Positions 1 through 9,388 of a DNA stretch of 64,000 nt are shown in pieces. Where the stretch lies: the IMG/VR virus record IMGVR_UViG_3300036945_000909, one strand, 5' to 3'. Source of the stretch: an uncultured virus (IMG/VR IMGVR_UViG_3300036945_000909) (lineage: Duplodnaviria > Heunggongvirae > Uroviricota > Caudoviricetes). The notes below the pieces were generated by a model. It ran no database searches. It saw only the letters and a list, made by a program, of their open reading frames with translations, and was not told the DNA's origin. The translations under genes were made by a program, and so were the position numbers. Within the stretch, counting starts at the first letter, position 1, and every line of letters starts with the position of its first letter.

Positions 1-477
1 GCGTTAGCGGATATGCAAGGACAGATGGTAGCAGCACAACAATCGGTAGAAATTTCCGAAAGAGAAGCACAGGCATCGGTTAAACGTTCCGAAGGTGAGG
101 CTAAGGCAATTGAGTTAAAAGCAACTGCACAAGCAAACGCTAAAAAAGTAACTGCTTCAGCAGATGCAGCACAAATCGAATTAGTAGGTGCAGCGGAAGC
201 AACGAAGATTGAAGCAATTGGTAAATCAACCGCTGAGGCGTATAAGTTACAAGTTGATGCGATGGGTGGTGATAATTTCGCTAAGTTTAAGATTACCGAA
301 GAGATTGGTAAGAACGGAATTAAGATTATTCCAGAAATCTTAATCAATGGTAATGGTAATGGTTCACCGATTGATGGATTATTAGGAATGGAATTGTTAA
401 AACAAATTCAGAACAAAAAAGATATTCAATCAATTGTAGAAACAACAACTGAAACTACATCTAAAAAAAGTAAATAA
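1..477 (+). CDS. SPFH/flotillin-like protein, C-terminal part (gene starts before the window)
   Basis: Ala/Glu-rich coiled coil (AEAKAIELKATAQANA..GAAEATKIEAIG) and an IKIIPEILI motif typical of flotillin C-termini; frame is open from base 1. Confidence 0.7.
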   Translation, partial: ALADMQGQMVAAQQSVEISEREAQASVKRSEGEAKAIELKATAQANAKKVTASADAAQIELVGAAEATKIEAIGKSTAEAYKLQVDAMGGDNFAKFKITEEIGKNGIKIIPEILINGNGNGSPIDGLLGMELLKQIQNKKDIQSIVETTTETTSKKSK

Positions 478-480
478 AAT

Positions 481-957
481 ATGGCATTAGTATTAAAGCC
501 AGGTATGGTAGGGACGGGAGCAATCTCGTCCCCATCTGTATTTTTAGCAGGTTCTATTGAAATGGGAGTTGCTGAAAATTGGCAAGAAAGAATTGAAAGA
601 GAATTTTCAGATGAAGACCTAACATTCTTTAATCCTCGTAGAGATGATTGGGATAGTAGTTGGTCACAAACCGGAGAACAATTTAACACACAAGTAAATT
701 GGGAATTAAACGCATTGGATGATTCAGATATTATCTTTATGTATTTTTCACCCGAAACTAAATCTCCAATTTCTTTATTAGAATTGGGATTATATGCAGA
801 TTCACAAAAAATGATTGTAGTTTGTCCAGATGGATTTTGGAGAAAGGGTAATGTGAGTGTGGTGTGTACACGAAATAATATACCAATGTTTAATACAATC
901 GAAGAGGGTATATTTGCATTAAGAACCTCTGTTAGAAAAAATCAAAAATTATATTAG
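481..957 (+). CDS. Nucleoside 2-deoxyribosyltransferase-like protein
   Basis: VFLAGSI..WQ, FNPRR, QVNWE..ALD and SPISLLELGL motifs. Confidence 0.8.
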   Translation: MALVLKPGMVGTGAISSPSVFLAGSIEMGVAENWQERIEREFSDEDLTFFNPRRDDWDSSWSQTGEQFNTQVNWELNALDDSDIIFMYFSPETKSPISLLELGLYADSQKMIVVCPDGFWRKGNVSVVCTRNNIPMFNTIEEGIFALRTSVRKNQKLY

Positions 958-1011
958 GATATATCAAAAATATTTTGTATATTTGTAATATAAATTAATA
1001 AGATATAAAAG

Positions 1012-1458
1012 ATGAATGATAAAATTGTAGGATTTACGTGTAGCACATTTGATTTACTTCATACTGGTCACATTTTGATGTTAGAAGAAGCTAAATCTCA
1101 ATGTGATTATTTAATTTGTGGATTGCAGATAGACCCATCAGTAGATAGACCCCAAAAGAATTCACCGGTTCAATCGTATTACGAACGTTTTATTCAATTG
1201 AGCGCAGTTAAGTATGTGGATGCAATTATACCATATACGACCGAAGAAGAGTTGATGACAATATTACAAACAAACGATATTGATATTAGAATATTGGGTG
1301 ATGAGTATGAAACAAAACAATTCACTGGTTCTAATTTAGATATGGATTACTACTTTAATAAACGAACTCACAATTATAGCACAACCGAATTACGAAAACG
1401 AGTTGCATTAAAGGAATCTCAATTAGGGGAAAGTGAAATTGACAATACTAAACAATAA
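1012..1458 (+). CDS. tagD: Glycerol-3-phosphate cytidylyltransferase-like protein
   Basis: TFDLLHTGH (HIGH-type) and RTHNYSTT motifs. Confidence 0.85.
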   Translation: MNDKIVGFTCSTFDLLHTGHILMLEEAKSQCDYLICGLQIDPSVDRPQKNSPVQSYYERFIQLSAVKYVDAIIPYTTEEELMTILQTNDIDIRILGDEYETKQFTGSNLDMDYYFNKRTHNYSTTELRKRVALKESQLGESEIDNTKQ

Positions 1459-1464
1459 TAAGAA

Positions 1465-2598
1465 ATGGAAAACTTAAATTCAGTTTGCTACGTAGCAACA
1501 ATTAATGAAATCAAACCAATCGAAGGTGCTGACAACATCGAACTTGTAGTAGCAGGTGGATGGAATGCAATCACAAAGAAAGGCGAATTTAAAGTAAATG
1601 ATACAACCATCATCGCAACTACTGATGCAGTTATACCAGAATCACTTTCCGAAGAAATGGGAGTTACAAACTATCTTCGTAAAGGTAATAGAGTTAGGAC
1701 TGTGAAGTTAAGAGGTGTATATTCAGAATGTTTGATTATACCAAAGCATTATCTAATGGGTAATGTGACAATGGGTGATTATGATTTGGGTGAAGGTAGT
1801 GATTGTATGGAGTTCTTAGGGATTACTAAATTCGAACCACCAGTTAAGATGGTTCAATTAGCAAGTGGTAAAAAGATTCGTTATCAAGATAATCCAAACT
1901 TTCATGTCTACTATAAGTTTCCTAACTTAAAGAATGTACCTGATATGTTTACTAATGATGATTTGGTAGAAATCACTCGTAAGATACATGGAACAAACGC
2001 TCGATATGGTATTGTTAAAAAGAACAAATTATCTATCTTAGATAGAATCAAAAAATTCTTTGGTAATAAATGGGCAGAGTATGAATTCGTAGTTGGTTCT
2101 CATAACGTAGAGAAAGGTTCAGATTCTAATGGATTCTATGATACTAATGTTTGGTATGAAATTGAAAAGAAATACAACATCAAACAAAAGTTATGGGATT
2201 ACGTTAAAAATGAAAACGTTGAGATTGGTGATGGTATTACCTTATATGGTGAGATTTACGGAGCGGGAATCCAAAAGGGATATGAGTATGGTTTAAATGA
2301 AATTCGGTTCGCAGGATTCGATGTAAAGGAGTGTGGTGAGTATTTGAGCACTTACAAAGCATGGAGAGTAATCAAAAATGAATTAGAATTACCATATGTA
2401 GAAATTTTACACATTGGAGATTGGTCACAAGAAACACAAGATAAGTTTGTATTCAATAACTTTATCGAAGGAACAAAAGTTCCACATGAAGGAATTGTAA
2501 TCAAATACCATACAGGCGAAAGACCAAAGATTGCTAAGGTAATCAACCCTGATTATTTAATCTTTGCAGAAAAACACAATGTGGGTGATTCACATTAA
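1465..2598 (+). CDS. RNA ligase, DRB0094/Rnl5-like
   Basis: N-terminal OB domain (PIEGADNIE..VKLRGVYSE); motif I KIHGTN, YGEIYG, FAGFDV, EGIVIK, KVINPDYL. Confidence 0.9.
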   Translation: MENLNSVCYVATINEIKPIEGADNIELVVAGGWNAITKKGEFKVNDTTIIATTDAVIPESLSEEMGVTNYLRKGNRVRTVKLRGVYSECLIIPKHYLMGNVTMGDYDLGEGSDCMEFLGITKFEPPVKMVQLASGKKIRYQDNPNFHVYYKFPNLKNVPDMFTNDDLVEITRKIHGTNARYGIVKKNKLSILDRIKKFFGNKWAEYEFVVGSHNVEKGSDSNGFYDTNVWYEIEKKYNIKQKLWDYVKNENVEIGDGITLYGEIYGAGIQKGYEYGLNEIRFAGFDVKECGEYLSTYKAWRVIKNELELPYVEILHIGDWSQETQDKFVFNNFIEGTKVPHEGIVIKYHTGERPKIAKVINPDYLIFAEKHNVGDSH

Positions 2599-2612
2599 AA
2601 TATAAAACAATT

Positions 2613-3020
2613 ATGAAACAAAGAATATATTTAGATGATGTTAGAACTCCTGTTGGGGATGGCTGGACAATAGTTAGAAACTATGAGCAGTTTGTATCTA
2701 CTATTCAATACGTTGGATTGGAAAACATTGAACTAATTTCATTAGACCACGATTTGGGTGATACTGCAATGAAAGAATGGCAGTATGGGGTGACTAAAAA
2801 TTACGCTATTAACTATGATAATATTACCGAAAAGACTGGAATGGATTGCACCAAATGGTTAGTTAATCAATGGTTAGATGGGCAACCGGTAGTAGATGTA
2901 GTAGTCCATTCAGCAAACGCAATTGGTTCTGCTAATATGATGGGGTATATAAACAATTATAGACATTTGAATAGATTACCACAAAATTGTGTAAGAGTTC
3001 AAATAGAACATACCGTTTAA
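2613..3020 (+). CDS. Cyclic-phosphate-processing receiver-like domain protein
   Basis: IYLDDVRTP, ISLDHDLG, TGMDC..WL and VHSAN..G motifs. Confidence 0.8.
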   Translation: MKQRIYLDDVRTPVGDGWTIVRNYEQFVSTIQYVGLENIELISLDHDLGDTAMKEWQYGVTKNYAINYDNITEKTGMDCTKWLVNQWLDGQPVVDVVVHSANAIGSANMMGYINNYRHLNRLPQNCVRVQIEHTV

Positions 3021-3186
3021 AAATTACGATGATGATGTTTATTATAATGTTAGTTATACTTTTTTTATGGCTTGCATATGCAGGATGGTCTGCACCTCTT
3101 ATGAGAGAAAACAAAGATGGGAGTTGGACAACAATTCAACCACAAAAACGATTTAAAGAATTATTTAAAAAATCTAAAAAGAAATA

Positions 3187-3465
3187 ATGAATAATCAATA
3201 TAAAATATATAGACAATCTCATTTGGATGAATATGGTGTAGAAAGTTCAGTATCATATTATATCAGAGAACGTAAAAACTTTTTAGGTATTCCATATTGG
3301 AAATCTATAACACATGTGGTATGTGGGTATGGTGAATGCTGTGATGAGAGAACCAAATTCGAATCAGTAGAAGAAGCAGAAACCTTTGTTAAGGAAAAAC
3401 TTTGCACAAAGATTGGTAAAGATAAATGGGTAGAGAAAGAAGTAAAACAATTAAGTTGTAATTAA
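3187..3465 (+). CDS. Hypothetical phage protein
   Basis: Operon-packed ORF with AT-rich codon usage. Confidence 0.6.
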   Translation: MNNQYKIYRQSHLDEYGVESSVSYYIRERKNFLGIPYWKSITHVVCGYGECCDERTKFESVEEAETFVKEKLCTKIGKDKWVEKEVKQLSCN

Positions 3466-3466
3466 A

Positions 3467-4048
3467 ATGAAAGTAATATTTTTAGACCACGATGGTGTTA
3501 TATGTTTAGCAACTGAATGGGGTGGTAGATTTAAGAAACAAACTGAAGTGGGTAGAAAATTATCCCAATCAGTTACGTCTTTACCCACCGATGCACGTTT
3601 TGATAATTTCAATAAGAAAGCAATTGTAATACTAAATGAAATATTGGAAGAAACTAACGCTGAGATTGTTGTATCATCTGATTGGAAAAGATGGGCAAGT
3701 GTTGAGGAGATGGGTGAATATTATGAATCACAGGGAATCAAAAAGAAACCAATAGCATTTACCAAAAATTTAAGTGAATGTGATGTACCTGAAAATTTCG
3801 TATGGTCACGCAAATGGGATTTGGAACAAACTCGTTCTTTAGAAATTAAACAATACCTTAGAGATAATCCAAGTATTACTCATTGGGTTGCAGTAGATGA
3901 TTTGAATATGGGAATACCCCAAACACATGAATCGTGGGGTGAGATGGAAATGGATTGGGGATTAACTAACTTTGTCCTAACACCGAGAAGTAGGGAAGGA
4001 ATTAAACAAAGTGGAATCAAAGAAAAGATATTAGAATTTCTAAAATAA
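3467..4048 (+). CDS. HAD-family phosphatase (Swiss-Army-Knife RNA repair type)
   Basis: IFLDHDGV, IVVSSDW, R..EI..YL and WVAVDD motifs. Confidence 0.8.
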   Translation: MKVIFLDHDGVICLATEWGGRFKKQTEVGRKLSQSVTSLPTDARFDNFNKKAIVILNEILEETNAEIVVSSDWKRWASVEEMGEYYESQGIKKKPIAFTKNLSECDVPENFVWSRKWDLEQTRSLEIKQYLRDNPSITHWVAVDDLNMGIPQTHESWGEMEMDWGLTNFVLTPRSREGIKQSGIKEKILEFLK

Positions 4049-4052
4049 TATT

Positions 4053-4823
4053 ATGCCGGAATTAGCAGAACTACGTCTTACAGCAGATTACATCAATCAA
4101 ACTGCAAAGGGTAAAATTTTTCATAATGTAAGAAAAAATCCAACTCACAAATGTCCTGAAATATCGGAAGAGTTGGATTTTCCTTTTATCATCAAAGCAG
4201 AAAGTAAAGGTAAAGAATTGATGCTTGAAATTACACCACAACGAATGGATGGTGAAAGAAAATACTTAATGATGACAATGGGTATGAGTGGTCATTTCAA
4301 ATGGTTAGTAGAAGGAACGACTCATAAACATGCACATTTAATATTTAATTCTGATGGAGGTTCTTTGGCTTTTGTAGATGTTAGAAGATTTGGTAAATGG
4401 AAATGGGGAAGTTGGGGTAATGATAGAGGGCCAGACCCAACCACCGATTTTCAAAACTTTATTCGTAATATTAAAAATAACCTACATAAGAACGATTTTA
4501 ATAAACCAATATGTGAAGTTCTGATGAATCAAAAATACTTCAATGGTATTGGTAATTATTTGAGAGCAGAAATCTTATATAGAGTTAATGTAAATCCATT
4601 TATTCCAGCAAGAGAAGCATTAACATCTCATTCTGAAATTTATGAATTATGTAGATGGGCACCATTACAGGCTTATAAATTAGGAGGTGGTGTAGTTGAA
4701 TCATATAGACAAATGTTGAATAGTTGGGAAGAATTCATTTTATGTTATAATCGACCAAATATGAGTAAAGTGAAAGATAAAAATGGAAGAACATTTTGGT
4801 ATGATAAAAAATGGGATATTTAA
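4053..4823 (+). CDS. Fpg/Nei DNA glycosylase/AP lyase
   Basis: N-terminal MPELAE, MGMSG, DVRRFG and H2TH motif NQKYFNGIGNYLRAEIL. Confidence 0.9.
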   Translation: MPELAELRLTADYINQTAKGKIFHNVRKNPTHKCPEISEELDFPFIIKAESKGKELMLEITPQRMDGERKYLMMTMGMSGHFKWLVEGTTHKHAHLIFNSDGGSLAFVDVRRFGKWKWGSWGNDRGPDPTTDFQNFIRNIKNNLHKNDFNKPICEVLMNQKYFNGIGNYLRAEILYRVNVNPFIPAREALTSHSEIYELCRWAPLQAYKLGGGVVESYRQMLNSWEEFILCYNRPNMSKVKDKNGRTFWYDKKWDI

Positions 4824-4835
4824 TAAAAAGGAATT

Positions 4836-5399
4836 ATGATAAAATTAAAAGATTTAATAACCGAAAAGAAAACTGGTTATGATTACGGATGTGTAATGTT
4901 ATACTTTACACCAAACGAAGATGTGGTTAAATTTCAAAATCAAATATCTCCATCTGATTTATATCTTGCAGAAGATAATGGTGGGTATGGGATTGAAGAT
5001 GAAGCACATTGCACCTTATTGTATGGATTACATGAAGAAGTTAAGTTAGAAACAATTTCACAAATATTGAATAGGATTCAATTTGGAGAATGTATGGTTC
5101 ATAATCCATCTCTTTTTGAAAACGAAAAGTTTGATGTTCTTAAATTTGATGTAGGCTATCCAACCAAAGGTGGTGCGTTTTTACATAAAGCAAATACGGA
5201 ATTGGTAAAACTACCAAACACTCAAACATACCCAGATTACCACCCACATATGACAGTTGCATATTTGAAACCGGGAATGGGTAAAAAATATGTTGATATG
5301 TTAAATGGTAAAGTAAATACGTTTATACTTAATCCTACACACGCAGTGTATTCACAACCAGATGGTAGTAAAACTGAAATCAAAATAAATAAAGGATAA
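4836..5399 (+). CDS. 2H phosphoesterase, T4 gp57B/Acb1-like (candidate anti-CBASS nuclease)
   Basis: Two HxT motifs, HCTLLYGL and YHPHMTVAY, with gp57B-like spacing. Confidence 0.75.
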   Translation: MIKLKDLITEKKTGYDYGCVMLYFTPNEDVVKFQNQISPSDLYLAEDNGGYGIEDEAHCTLLYGLHEEVKLETISQILNRIQFGECMVHNPSLFENEKFDVLKFDVGYPTKGGAFLHKANTELVKLPNTQTYPDYHPHMTVAYLKPGMGKKYVDMLNGKVNTFILNPTHAVYSQPDGSKTEIKINKG

Positions 5400-5401
5400 T
5401 T

Positions 5402-5737
5402 ATGGTCAATATATCTGATAAAGCATTAAATCACGTTCTTTCACTAATGAAGGATAGTGGATTATCAACCGAAACCCACAATCTAAGAGTTGGCGTTAAA
5501 GGTGGAGGATGTTCTGGTCTATCCTATACAATGGATTTTGATGAAGTAATCGATACTACAACCGATGATGTGGTTGAAGTTAGTAATGGATTAAAGATTG
5601 TAATAGATAGAAAATCCCTTTTATACTTAATTGGAACTGAATTGAATTATTCAGATGGGTTGAATGGTAAGGGATTTGAATGGATTAACCCCAATGCATC
5701 ACGAACTTGTGGATGTGGGGAATCCTTTTCTCTTTAA
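5402..5737 (+). CDS. iscA: HesB/IscA iron-sulfur cluster assembly protein
   Basis: GGGCSGLSY and NPNASRTCGCGESF motifs. Confidence 0.92.
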   Translation: MVNISDKALNHVLSLMKDSGLSTETHNLRVGVKGGGCSGLSYTMDFDEVIDTTTDDVVEVSNGLKIVIDRKSLLYLIGTELNYSDGLNGKGFEWINPNASRTCGCGESFSL

Positions 5738-5859
5738 TCTAATTTCAAAGGTTCTGTGTGTTGACGATGTCCTCTACCAGAAATCTTACTACAAGTTTTG
5801 GATAATTCGGCACCTAAAGTTGTGCATACTAAAAATAATCCTATTAATAAATTTATCAT
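5734..5859 (-). CDS. Small 41-aa protein with hydrophobic N-terminus
   Basis: Manual translation MINLLIGLFLVCTTLGAELSKTCSKISGRGHRQHTEPLKLD; an ATATTTATA motif lies on the - strand at 5879-5887. Confidence 0.45.
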   Translation of the reverse strand: MINLLIGLFLVCTTLGAELSKTCSKISGRGHRQHTEPLKLD

Positions 5860-6077
5860 AATAATTGTGTTTTTTTAATATAAATATCAACAAGCAACAC
5901 TAAAAACTAACAAAAACGTAATATTGTTAGTAAGTTGATGAAGATACTTTATATAATACAATTTTATCATATTGGAATAGTTATACAAATAATCCACTAT
6001 AAGTAAATTTATTTGTTTTTATTGAATTATTATATTTATAGTGGTAGAATTAACTAAAACAAAAAAAGGATTATATT

Positions 6078-6287
6078 ATGGCACAAGGACAATATTGTAT
6101 CGTGGATTTAACGATTGATGGTAATGTAGCATTAGAAGGATTGACTGGATTAACACTTGAAGCTGCTGAAGCTTGGTTAGCAGAAAATCAAGTAGAAGTA
6201 CCTGAGTTTGATGTAGAAGCAGGTAAATCAACTTCAAAATTCGCTATTGCACCGGATAATTGGGTGACTGATGAAGATTTAGCTTAA
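6078..6287 (+). CDS. Small acidic hypothetical protein
   Basis: Stand-alone ORF between an ATATTTATA motif (6032) and a terminator. Confidence 0.65.
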   Translation: MAQGQYCIVDLTIDGNVALEGLTGLTLEAAEAWLAENQVEVPEFDVEAGKSTSKFAIAPDNWVTDEDLA

Positions 6288-6311
6288 TTGTTAATATATC
6301 TTACACATATC

Positions 6312-6344
6312 ATAACCCATTGAATTTCAATGGGTTATTTTTTT
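6312..6344 (+). terminator. Intrinsic terminator (repeat family with copies at 20176 and 27243)
   Basis: ATAACCCATTGAA/TTCAATGGGTTAT hairpin followed by a T tract. Confidence 0.8.
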
Positions 6345-6402
6345 ATCTAAAATATTTGGAAATATCAATTTTTATTCGTATCTTTGACTTATAATAAAAA
6401 TT

Positions 6403-6618
6403 ATGAAAGATAATACTAAAAAATACAATCCGTATCATAAGGAAGCAATTAGACTCTCTGAAGAATCTAAACTAACTTTAACAATAGATGCTTCTATTAT
6501 AACGAAGTATTCAAACGATATGGAATTGGGTGGTATTATTAGAGAAATGTATATCAAAAAATGTAAATCAGCAGATGAACAAATTGACCATATACAAACT
6601 TTAATGAAAAATATTTAA
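6403..6618 (+). CDS. Hypothetical protein
   Basis: ORF directly after a host-type promoter. Confidence 0.6.
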   Translation: MKDNTKKYNPYHKEAIRLSEESKLTLTIDASIITKYSNDMELGGIIREMYIKKCKSADEQIDHIQTLMKNI

Positions 6619-6684
6619 TTATTTTTTACGTTTCATATATTTTTATATATGTATATAAACAAAAAGAAAGTTCTTTAACATAAT

Positions 6685-7059
6685 GGGGATGCCTGGTATT
6701 GACAGATATGAAGTGTTGATATAATTGCAAGCAGGATTAGATGGAAATCCTTAATCACCTATCGAACAATAAACGCAGAAGAAAAATCTTCATTCACCTT
6801 TGCAGATGCTATGGCATTTGTAGGTGCTGATTTAGCTGTAGCAGCATAATCACCCTCGTACATATCATGAGGTAAAAAAGAATATGAACTCAGGTGGAAA
6901 AGTGATTGAACCCGAAATCGAATCACTCATTGTTTATCGGTTGCCGATGGTGAAGAACCAACCGAATATTTTGTTAGTTAAGAAAAACTAACTAAGCTTG
7001 TGAATGAGGTTTATTAAACCATATTTTGGACAGCGGTTCGACTCCGCTCATCTCCACCA
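6685..7059 (+). ncRNA. ssrA: tmRNA
   Basis: 5' GGGGATG..TATTGAC; 3' T-arm GGTTCGACTCC and CATCTCC-ACCA with a G3:U70 Ala determinant; tag ORF at 6775-6849 encodes AEEKSSFTFADAMAFVGADLAVAA*. Confidence 0.93.
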
Positions 7060-7078
7060 AAAAAAAATTACAAATATA

Positions 7079-7110
7079 TTTGGAATTGTAAAAATAATTT
7101 CGTATCTTTG
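7079..7110 (+). promoter_or_regulatory. Bacteroidota sigma-A type promoter (-33 TTTG / -7 TAnnTTTG), representative of about 20 copies
   Basis: TTTGGAATTGTAAAAATAATTTCGTATCTTTG; similar copies near 955, 6355, 7224, 7455, 7784, 7887, 11952, 12401, 14194, 20231, 21801, 27298, 27507, 29171, 40758, 42268, 48052, 50147 and 52443. Confidence 0.85.
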
Positions 7111-7292
7111 TATTGTTATTAAAATAAAGGTTGAAGCCAATAGTAATAAAACCGACTATGTGACCCCGTAAGGAAGAAAGCCGGATACCATTATTTTAAT
7201 AATAAAAAAATAAATGAAAAAAGATTTGGAATTGTGAAATTAATTTCGTATCTTTACAAAGTAAAAAGAAAACGTTCTTTAAAATATTATAT

Positions 7293-7364
7293 CGCGGATT
7301 AGAGCAGTGGTAGCTCGTGTGGCTCATAACCATAAGGTCGGAGGTTCGAATCCTTCATCCGCAA
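7293..7364 (+). tRNA. tRNA-fMet-like (CAT)
   Basis: Cloverleaf with a C1:A72 mismatch and anticodon loop CTCATAA. Confidence 0.85.
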
Positions 7365-7559
7365 CGAAGAGTAAGTAAGAGAACCGGTTATCTAAACCTT
7401 TGGGTGAAGAGCCAAACGTCATACTAACTTACTCAAAAAAAAACTTTAAAAAAGATTTGGAATTGTGAAATTAATTTCGTATCTTTACAAAGTAATAAGA
7501 AACTAATCAACCAAACAACACAAAATTAAAAAGTATTGTTCAATTTAAAAAAATAAATT

Positions 7560-7772
7560 ATGGTAAAGTTTCATAAAGTTCTTTTAATTGCTGGATGTGT
7601 GACATCATTATTAAGTGGTGTGATAAGTGTAGTTCAAAATAAGTTTGATACATATGCATTTATATCAGCATTGTTATTCTTTAATTTGTATCTTAGTTTA
7701 ATTACTAATACCAAATTAGAAAATGCAATTAATGATCATGTTAAATCAGTTAGAAAAATAATTAAAAAATAA
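7560..7772 (+). CDS. Small two-TM membrane protein
   Basis: Two hydrophobic segments; follows a promoter. Confidence 0.55.
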   Translation: MVKFHKVLLIAGCVTSLLSGVISVVQNKFDTYAFISALLFFNLYLSLITNTKLENAINDHVKSVRKIIKK

Positions 7773-7974
7773 TTGTAAAATTATTTGGAAATACGAAAAA
7801 AGTTTCGTATCTTTGTAAAGTTGGTTCTGAACTCATAGGCAATGAAAGATACTCGGTATCAGAAACAAAAAAAAGTTTAAAAAATATTTGGAATTGTAAA
7901 AATAATTTCGTATCTTTGATAAACAAAACGTTCTTTAAAATTATTGAAAACATTGCATATAGTAGACTCGTTCT

Positions 7975-8797
7975 ACATAATGCATACCCGCCGCATATGG
8001 TGGTTAAATAAACTTGGAAACAAGGATAAAGTGAATACATTGGTTAATGTGTTTGCGGTTTCAAACCGAAAGGAATGGAACTCGAGTATGCAAGTGGAAT
8101 ATCATTAGACCTGATTAGTGAGGGTAACTCCGTAGTGAAATGGTTTGATGACTGGGCTATAGTAGAAGTTCAGTTGAAGTGGGAACACTAATAAGAATAA
8201 TCCATAGAGTTAATGCAAGAAGTGAGAACTTAATCTCTTCTCATCATTGCGTGATTCAATATTAAAGGTGACTTAAAACCGAAAGGTATGATAAAGTACG
8301 AGTGGTGTCGTTATTATCCTTACCTACCTCTCACCAAAGAGTGGGTATTGAAGTAATCTTAAAATATGGCGTTAGAGATAACGCATCGAGTAGTATAGTA
8401 TTCTGTTCTTCAAAATGGAACGGAGCTAGTGGTAATCCACTACTTGAATTCTTCTACAAACCAAAACTCAATTTGCTATTTGAATGCAAACTCAAAAACA
8501 AAAAGAGAAAGAGGTTACCAGTTACAATCGAAAGGTGTGTACTTAGTAGGGAGATGTTCCCTGCCACAAACACTCTCAAGGTGAATGTGATTCTTTCAAA
8601 AAACTTCTAGCATTGCGAGATGTTAATCGGGTCGGCAGATTCGAAGAGGCGGAGTAAAAAGAGAGTAGGTTGTGACTTAAAGATTGGTAAATCTATAATT
8701 ACCCACATTGAATTGGTACTTCTCAAAAGGAAGTGGAAATTAAGGCAACCCATAACCCTTATAAAGCTGGTTCACAATATGGAGTATTCTCATCCTT
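7975..8797 (+). ncRNA. Giant structured ncRNA, probably GOLLD
   Basis: About 820 nt, higher GC than flanks, many GNRA-capped hairpins (ccgaaagg, tcgaaagg, gcgaga, ggcaacc), TGCATAC/GTATGCA closing helix; no credible ORF, has its own promoter, sits in a phage tRNA cluster. Confidence 0.65.
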
Positions 8798-8802
8798 ATA
8801 CA

Positions 8803-8875
8803 AGATGTAATAGTGTAATGGTAGCACGTTCCAATGGTGACTTTGGAAAGCAAGGTTCGATTCCTTAAACATCTC
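8803..8875 (+). pseudogene. Aberrant tRNA-like element with an 8-nt anticodon loop
   Basis: AGATGT/ACATCT acceptor, D-arm GTGTAATGGTAGCAC, TTCCAA/TTGGAA stem, T-loop GGTTCGATTCC. Confidence 0.5.
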
Positions 8876-9161
8876 TTCGTAGTGGTTTACGGCAGATAGG
8901 TTAGGTGTATCTCTCTAACAACTGAAAGTCCACTTTAATAAAAATGACAAATAGTATGAAGATATGGTTTTCAGTAGGGGATTTTTGCCTTAAACAATCT
9001 CAACCAATACGAATTAGTGTTGATGGTAAACAATGGATGTAGCTAGTCCTTTGGAAAGAACCACCCTACGAAATCTTTCCTTTTTTATAACAATGGTTGT
9101 AGGTAGGTTCGATTCCTCCGTTATATCTAAATTAATTAAACACAAACAAAAAACAATTATT

Positions 9162-9341
9162 ATGAAAAAAGTATTAGCAATTTTCGCAGTGGCATCTTTA
9201 GTAGTATTAGCATCTTGCGGTGGAAAAACACAAACAGAGGTAGCAACTGATTCAACAGCAGTAGCAACAGATTCAGTATCAGTAGATTCAACGGCAACAC
9301 CAGCAGTAGATTCAACGGCAACAACAGCGGAAGTAAAATAA
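9162..9341 (+). CDS. Small Bacteroidota-type lipoprotein
   Basis: Signal peptide with lipobox LASC; Ala/Thr-rich tail with DST/DSV repeats. Confidence 0.8.
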   Translation: MKKVLAIFAVASLVVLASCGGKTQTEVATDSTAVATDSVSVDSTATPAVDSTATTAEVK

Positions 9342-9388
9342 TTTCGTAAAAAAATAATTAAAAAATAAATTTTATATATTTATAAGCA

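Noticed and set aside
7079..7920. Regularly recurring ~35-45 bp repeats resembling a CRISPR array
   Set aside because: They are promoter copies with irregular spacing of 100-330 bp, and no cas genes are present.
7762..8868. ORFs 7762-8040(-), 8302-8610 and 8620-8868
   Set aside because: They overlap promoters and the giant structured RNA, with atypical codon usage and no motifs.
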